Positions 58,466 to 64,000 of a stretch of DNA of 64,000 nucleotides are shown here, piece by piece. The DNA is from Flavobacteriales bacterium (GTDB lineage Bacteria; Bacteroidota; Bacteroidia; Flavobacteriales_C; GCA-002722245), in contig JBJKXR010000036.1 in assembly GCA_045561495.1 (NCBI GenBank), positions 521 through 64,520 on the forward strand, in the 5' to 3' direction. The notes under the pieces were generated by a model that worked only from the letters and a program-made list of their open reading frames with translations, had not been told where the DNA came from and did no database searches. Position 1 is the first letter of the stretch. Each line of letters opens with the position of its first letter. A program made the translations under genes and the position numbers.

Positions 58466-61400
58466 ATGAAAAAAATAATTGTATTACTGATAGTTTCTCT
58501 TGCTGTTAATTCTTATTTAAGTGCACAATGCTCTGAAGTACCTGTTAAAGAAGCCGTAAGAAATGGTGATTTTGAAGCTGGTTATCTTCAAGGTTCAGCA
58601 GGAGCTAATCATACGTTTTCAGGAGGGGGGGCATATGATTTTTATAGTGATATGGATTTTTTGGGTGAACCGAACTATGATCCTTGTACACCATGTAGTT
58701 ATGCAATAGGTGATAAGTATGCGGTTATGAGGGCTGATACATTTTCATGCGGAAATTGTAGTTGGCCAACAGATTATGAGCATAATACAATGTGGGGTGT
58801 TGGATATGGAGGTGATGGTTTGAATTTTAGAGACCATACCTTAAATCAAGAAGGAAAGGGACATGCTTTGATTGTGGATTTGTTTACAAAAACTGTAAGT
58901 AGTAAAACAGGAGGCAAACCAATTGCCTGGGAACAAACTATGGATATTTATCCTTCTGAATCATATTTTTTTTCAGCATGGATAGCAAATTATGCAAATG
59001 GAACTGCACCGGTGATGCAAGTTACTATTATACCTAGAAGTGGAGGTGTGGATGATGTTGCAAACACTGTCACTCTCCCTGCTTCAGGGACTCCAACCGG
59101 AGTTATGAATTGGACCCAAATATCAACTACATGGATTCCTCCTGGAATTTATGATGAAGTTACAATTAGGTTTGAGTTTGTTAATACAGAAGGAGCCTCG
59201 ACAGGTATTGATGTCGCTATTGATGATATTTCATTTATCAATTCATGTCAAAATATATCATCACAGAACAATTATATAGCAAATTTTAATCTACCTGATA
59301 CTATTAATTTATGTGATTTAGGTGGTGAGCAATTATTAGATCCACAGGTACCTGTAAGTGAAAGAGGGAATGCATCAATATCTTGGTATGAAGGAGCTGG
59401 AAACCCTCAAACGGAGACAGATAATGGAATTTGGACAAAAAGCGTAAATACTCCTGGCACATATAGGGTTTGTGTTGATGATCCTGACAATGGTTGTCCT
59501 GTTTCTGATGTAGTTACGGTTGTTGAAGAATATTCGATTCAAATATCTGATATTGAATTATGTGATCCTGTATCCGTTGATCTGGATGCAGGTGTTAATA
59601 TTCCCAATGGAGCCATGTCAAGTATTTTTTGGTCAGGCCCGTCGGGAGATTCAAATTCTAGAAATTATACGGTTAATTCCGCTGGCGCCCACTCTGTTAC
59701 TATTACTGCATCAAGTCAAAATCCTGGTTGTGCAGCTTCGGATAATTTAAATGTTACTTCAAATATTCCAACGCCTCCAAGTTTGGATTACTGTGCTGGT
59801 GACCTTGCAAAAAACTTAGAAGTAGGCGATGGTAAATCGTACATTTGGTCAACTAGTCCAACGATGTCCCCTTCAATTGGTGAGGGAGTTACTGTTGTTT
59901 GGAATATTCCCGGTGGTACAATTGGAGACCAAACTTTATATATTCAATCTGCAGAAACATCTCCTCTTGGTACCGCTGGTCCAACTGGTGCTTGGAGTGG
60001 ATGGGCCGACGATAATGAAAGTGTTCAAATTACTGTTAATTCGGCAGTTAAACTAGTTTCTTTTGATGTTAAAGCTGATTCTTGGGTTAATGGTGGTTGT
60101 CCAGGATTATCTAGCCCTATTAACTTTAATTTAAGTGGAGGGAATAGTGTTACAGAATCCGTTTCTTGTGGTTCTGTTTCAACAGTAAACGCTGGATGGA
60201 CATTATCACCAGGAACATATACATTAAGTGCATCAGGAAATTGGTATAATAAATCTGCTGGTGGAACCTCGGAGTTAGGTTCAGGTGCTGTTACTTTAAC
60301 TTATCCCTCTGGTAATTCGAGTTTTATTAATTTGGTTTTTGAAGAATCTCATGCATGTGCTCCAGTTGCAGTTACAGTATCAGAAATTAGTTGCTGTACA
60401 GCCCCAACCGATGACCCATCCATAGATGTTCCTTCTTCGACTTTAGAAGTATGTAACCCTAATACAGGAGAGGTTATATCCATTAATGGCTTAACCGATG
60501 GATTAGACTTTAAATGGCAAGAAAGTTCTGACGGAACAACATTTACTGATATATCTGGAGAAACAGGAGTTGTGTCTGGAGGTCAGCTAACATTAAGCAA
60601 TATATCTACAGATCAGCAATGGTACCGCTATGTTTTAGCAGAAACAGGAAATTTAGATAAGACGTGTGTAAAAACATCGGATTCAGTCCAAATGGTAATC
60701 AATCCATTACCCGTAATAGATTCAATTGGTACAAGTCCTTTTTCGAGTATGTACTGTAAAGATGAAGTTTACGAGGTAGAAGCCCATGTGGATGAATTGG
60801 AAGGTTATCCAGTAACCTATCAATGGTCAGAGGATGCAACTGGAACAGATAGTGTGTTTACGGGTATAACAACACCGGGCACACACACTTACAAGGTAGT
60901 TGTAGATGCACAAGGTTGTTTGGACTCTATGGAAATACAGGTAGATGTAGCCCCATTGGATACCGTAATTATAACGAATCCACCAAGTTTGTGTAGCAGT
61001 GACAATCCCTATCAATTAACCTTGGATCCTAATCAAACTACAAGTGGTGATTGGACAGACAGTATAGGAGGTAACAGTTATGTAACCAATGGAGGTGTGT
61101 TTGATCCTTCAGGTCTTCCCGATGGAAGCATTAAGGTTATTTTTACGAGTGATGGTGCATGCCCTGGAGCAGATACAGCTTATGTAACTGTAACGAGTCA
61201 AATAGATTTTGACTTGCCCGATGGTGACCAAACATTTTGTTTGAACAACAACCCTGATACAATAAGCATCAACGTAAACACAGGAGGTGGTAAATTTTGG
61301 ACCACAAGTGGAGAGGGGATATCAGCAGACAGTATGTATGTAGTATTCTCGGAATATTCAGGAGGTCAAGTAGATTCTTTGTACTATGGTAAAGCAGGCC

Positions 61401-64000
61401 AATGTGGAGATACAGCGGGAATAGAATTGACCTTATTGGATGTAGATACTGCAGAAGTTGATTCCTTTCCAGCAGTATGTTCAGATGCTCCAGCCTTTAA
61501 TTTCACGTGTTCATCCCGTACCACAGCAGGAGGAGATTGGAGTGGAACAGGCATAACGGATGTCGCATTAGGAACATTTGATCCATCAACAGCCGGTCCA
61601 GGAATACATACGATAAAATATACCACATTAGGAAATTGTCCCACTTCCGATTCAGTACAAATAGTAGTAAAACCAAGACTAGTAGTGAGCATAGACAGTT
61701 TGGCTTTGGCCTTTTGTGGAACAGCGAGTGCACAAACAGCAGTAGCCAATTTACATTTAGGAGTAGGAAAATGGGAAAAGAGCAGTAGTTGGCCAGGTGA
61801 CTGGGATGCAGGATTAACCTTTGATAACGATTCAACGATTAGTTTTGATCCAAATGCAGTAACTCCGAATACAGATTCTATATTTTATATGATTGACGAT
61901 AATGCGTTTGTCTGTGGAGACACGGCAACACTTCGCATCGGTATAAGCTCGATGGAAACAGCAGATATAGATACTTTACCTGCTGTATGTTCAGCAGACG
62001 CCTCGTTTGATTTCACAGTAACAGGAACTCAAAGCGGAACCTGGAGCGGAGTAGGCATTATCGATGGAGCGCAAGGAACATTTGATCCATCAACAGCCGG
62101 TCCGGGAGTGCATACAATACGTTACCAAACTCCAGGAGTATGTTTTGTATGGGATTCTTTAACCATAACAGTTATTTTACAAGAAGATTTAACCCTCACA
62201 GGTGACCAGACGTATTGTGGTAATGCCTTACCTGGAAACATCTCTGCGGACAAGAGTGGAGGAGAATTTCTTGTTGGTTGGGATTTAGCAGCCTTAACAA
62301 TTGTAGATGATTCCACGCGAACGTTTGATCCAAGTCTTGCAGGTGGAACAGGAATCGACTCGATAATGTATGGAATTTCAGGACAGTGTGGAGATACCAC
62401 AAGTTTAGTAATAACGATAGATGATGTTGATATCCCGGATATAGATGGTTCGAATGAATCGGCATTTTGTCAAACAGACGCAGCAGCTACAGTAAGCTTG
62501 ATGTCCACAGCTACTGCAGGAGGAACATGGCAAGATTTAGGAGGCGGAAATTCAACAATAACTACAGCAGGATTGTTTGACCCTAGTATTGGACAAGGAA
62601 CGTATCAAGTAGAATACAAAACACCAGGAACGTGTTTTGCCAAGGACACGCATGAAATATCAGTAGTAGGTCAAATCGTAGTAGACATAGATCCTACCGC
62701 TCAAGCCGTAGAATATTGTAACAATGCTGCTCAGGTGGATTTAACGCCGTTTTTATTAGGAACCACTAGTTCCACAACAGGAGGATGGCAAATTACCCCA
62801 AATGTAACAGGAGGAGTCGTTGGGAATAATAAGCTGGATCCTACAGCATTAACTGCCGGAGACTATAGTTTAAAATACGCATTGGGTAATGCCGGAAGTA
62901 ATTGTAGAGATAGTGATTCGGTAACGATAACGATATTACCCATATTGGATCCAACAATCACCCCACCAAGCCCTGATACAGTATGTATATCCCTAGGAAG
63001 TCTCCCGTTTGTAAATACGGGTGATGTAGGAGGAGTATGGAGCATTAGTAATGGAGGAGCGATAGATGCTGGAACAGGAGTTATGACGTTAAATAGCGGA
63101 GGCACGTATTCTGTCACCTATACTTTAGGGACAACATGTCCAGTAGACAGTACCGTTCAAATAGTAGTTGAAGAACCTTCGGACCCTACAATAACCGATC
63201 CTGGCAGTATCTGTGCTTATGATAACGCAATTACTATGTCAGCTGTAGATGCAGGAGGAACATGGAGTGGTACAGGAGTAGTCAATACAAATCAATTCGA
63301 TCCCGGAGTAAATGGTAACGCAGGAGGTACTTTTACTGTAACGTATACCTTTACAGGTACTTGTCCAATAGACGACACACAAGATTTTGTTGTAACCTCA
63401 GTATTAGACCCCACAATTAATAATGAACCCAGTTCAGATATATGTGTAGCCGATCTTACCTATACCTTCACCACCAGTGGTGATGCAGGTGGGGCATGGA
63501 GTTCAAGTAATGGAGGTGTAATTGACCCCAATACAGGAGAGATGGATTTATTCGCTACAGCGTCTTCAGGTGGCGGAACATTCAATGCCATTTACACACA
63601 TTCAGGATGTGTTATAGCCGATACCGCAAGTATAGAAATCACCACTCCTGGTAATCCAACAGTAACGGGTATGGGCCCATTTTGTGAAAACTTAGGAGTA
63701 CAAGCACAAACAGCACTTCCACCTACCGGTGGAGGAACGTGGAGCAGTACCCCTGTAGGTGGTGCTATAAATGCAACAACTGGAGTTTTTGATCCAGGGA
63801 TAGCGGGTCCTGGTTCGCATGTAATCCGTTATGATTTAGCCGGTTCCTGTCCAATATATGATGAAACAACAATTGAAGTAGAAGATTTACCAAGTTGGGA
63901 TGTTTACATACCGAATTCTATGGGTTGTGAGCCTTTGGATGCGAAAATGATTGTTGAATCTCAGGGAAGTCCAGCTTCAACAACGAATTGGAGTTTATCG
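58466..64000 (+). CDS. giant secreted SprB-like repeat adhesin / T9SS cargo candidate (5'-partial in window: >=1845 aa, no stop before window end)
   Basis: ATG at 58466 followed by signal peptide MKKIIVLLIVSLAVNSYLSAQ. Continuous open frame of 1845 codons to position 64000, checked codon by codon. N-terminal CBM_4_9-like jelly-roll region. Then >=15 tandem ~80-85-aa Cys-containing Ig-like repeats with motif C..D..F.F....T.GG.WSG.G......G.FDPS.AG.G.H.I.Y.T.G.C. Not in the supplied ORF track, presumably because it lacks a stop. Confidence 0.75.
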   Translation, partial: MKKIIVLLIVSLAVNSYLSAQCSEVPVKEAVRNGDFEAGYLQGSAGANHTFSGGGAYDFYSDMDFLGEPNYDPCTPCSYAIGDKYAVMRADTFSCGNCSWPTDYEHNTMWGVGYGGDGLNFRDHTLNQEGKGHALIVDLFTKTVSSKTGGKPIAWEQTMDIYPSESYFFSAWIANYANGTAPVMQVTIIPRSGGVDDVANTVTLPASGTPTGVMNWTQISTTWIPPGIYDEVTIRFEFVNTEGASTGIDVAIDDISFINSCQNISSQNNYIANFNLPDTINLCDLGGEQLLDPQVPVSERGNASISWYEGAGNPQTETDNGIWTKSVNTPGTYRVCVDDPDNGCPVSDVVTVVEEYSIQISDIELCDPVSVDLDAGVNIPNGAMSSIFWSGPSGDSNSRNYTVNSAGAHSVTITASSQNPGCAASDNLNVTSNIPTPPSLDYCAGDLAKNLEVGDGKSYIWSTSPTMSPSIGEGVTVVWNIPGGTIGDQTLYIQSAETSPLGTAGPTGAWSGWADDNESVQITVNSAVKLVSFDVKADSWVNGGCPGLSSPINFNLSGGNSVTESVSCGSVSTVNAGWTLSPGTYTLSASGNWYNKSAGGTSELGSGAVTLTYPSGNSSFINLVFEESHACAPVAVTVSEISCCTAPTDDPSIDVPSSTLEVCNPNTGEVISINGLTDGLDFKWQESSDGTTFTDISGETGVVSGGQLTLSNISTDQQWYRYVLAETGNLDKTCVKTSDSVQMVINPLPVIDSIGTSPFSSMYCKDEVYEVEAHVDELEGYPVTYQWSEDATGTDSVFTGITTPGTHTYKVVVDAQGCLDSMEIQVDVAPLDTVIITNPPSLCSSDNPYQLTLDPNQTTSGDWTDSIGGNSYVTNGGVFDPSGLPDGSIKVIFTSDGACPGADTAYVTVTSQIDFDLPDGDQTFCLNNNPDTISINVNTGGGKFWTTSGEGISADSMYVVFSEYSGGQVDSLYYGKAGQCGDTAGIELTLLDVDTAEVDSFPAVCSDAPAFNFTCSSRTTAGGDWSGTGITDVALGTFDPSTAGPGIHTIKYTTLGNCPTSDSVQIVVKPRLVVSIDSLALAFCGTASAQTAVANLHLGVGKWEKSSSWPGDWDAGLTFDNDSTISFDPNAVTPNTDSIFYMIDDNAFVCGDTATLRIGISSMETADIDTLPAVCSADASFDFTVTGTQSGTWSGVGIIDGAQGTFDPSTAGPGVHTIRYQTPGVCFVWDSLTITVILQEDLTLTGDQTYCGNALPGNISADKSGGEFLVGWDLAALTIVDDSTRTFDPSLAGGTGIDSIMYGISGQCGDTTSLVITIDDVDIPDIDGSNESAFCQTDAAATVSLMSTATAGGTWQDLGGGNSTITTAGLFDPSIGQGTYQVEYKTPGTCFAKDTHEISVVGQIVVDIDPTAQAVEYCNNAAQVDLTPFLLGTTSSTTGGWQITPNVTGGVVGNNKLDPTALTAGDYSLKYALGNAGSNCRDSDSVTITILPILDPTITPPSPDTVCISLGSLPFVNTGDVGGVWSISNGGAIDAGTGVMTLNSGGTYSVTYTLGTTCPVDSTVQIVVEEPSDPTITDPGSICAYDNAITMSAVDAGGTWSGTGVVNTNQFDPGVNGNAGGTFTVTYTFTGTCPIDDTQDFVVTSVLDPTINNEPSSDICVADLTYTFTTSGDAGGAWSSSNGGVIDPNTGEMDLFATASSGGGTFNAIYTHSGCVIADTASIEITTPGNPTVTGMGPFCENLGVQAQTALPPTGGGTWSSTPVGGAINATTGVFDPGIAGPGSHVIRYDLAGSCPIYDETTIEVEDLPSWDVYIPNSMGCEPLDAKMIVESQGSPASTTNWSLS

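Noticed and set aside
59520-63117. Eleven short ORFs (60-121 aa) listed by the ORF track on both strands in this interval
   Set aside because: All lie inside, and out of frame or antisense to, the continuous 1845-codon adhesin reading frame. Their repeat-derived low-complexity translations are typical spurious ORFs.
1-64000. Search for tRNA/rRNA genes and CRISPR arrays in intergenic regions
   Set aside because: No GC-rich cloverleaf-like segments. No regularly spaced direct repeats with unique spacers were seen in any gap. The only repeats found are intragenic (adhesin) or the decayed gene copy at 46745-47010.
58466-64000. Higher GC of the adhesin region suggesting a horizontally acquired island
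   Set aside because: The compositional shift is explained by Gly/Thr/Ala/Pro-rich repeat codons. No flanking tRNA, integrase or direct repeats.

Overview
This is a low-GC (~33-35%) Bacteroidota chromosomal segment, most likely from the Flavobacteriia or Cytophagia group. The evidence is Bacteroidota-type TTG-N19-TAnnTTTG promoter motifs, T9SS C-terminal sorting domains, a PorQ-like gene beside cmk, SprB-like repeat proteins, and frequent GTG/TTG starts. About 55 genes are densely packed. Housekeeping genes include kdsA, rlmI, yidD, serB-serA, ribH, recF, murQ, folC, carB, mltG, cmk and dapD. The accessory content is: a secreted GH18 chitinase with a T9SS sorting domain; a three-gene lysine-catabolism module (DUF1338/HglS-like, saccharopine dehydrogenase family, ALDH7-type aldehyde dehydrogenase) convergent with long-form dapD; a surface-polysaccharide locus (Wzx-like flippase, YfhO GT-C, GtrB-like GT2, two paralogous PF05159 KpsC/KpsS-like genes, pyruvyl transferase); a ~1350-aa outer-membrane/TSP3/multi-SPOR protein; and a giant (>1845 aa, running off the window end) SprB-like repeat adhesin that the supplied ORF track omits. 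I found no rRNA, tRNA, CRISPR array, transposase or integrase. At least six frameshifts at homopolymer or A-rich tracts interrupt three genes (amidase, yfhO, SPOR protein); this pattern looks more like systematic indel error than biology. I did not recognise a clear canonical defence system. The most unusual items are the lysine-catabolic cluster, the Gtr-like glycosylation trio inside the polysaccharide locus, the multi-SPOR tether protein, the giant adhesin and a decayed tandem paralog remnant.
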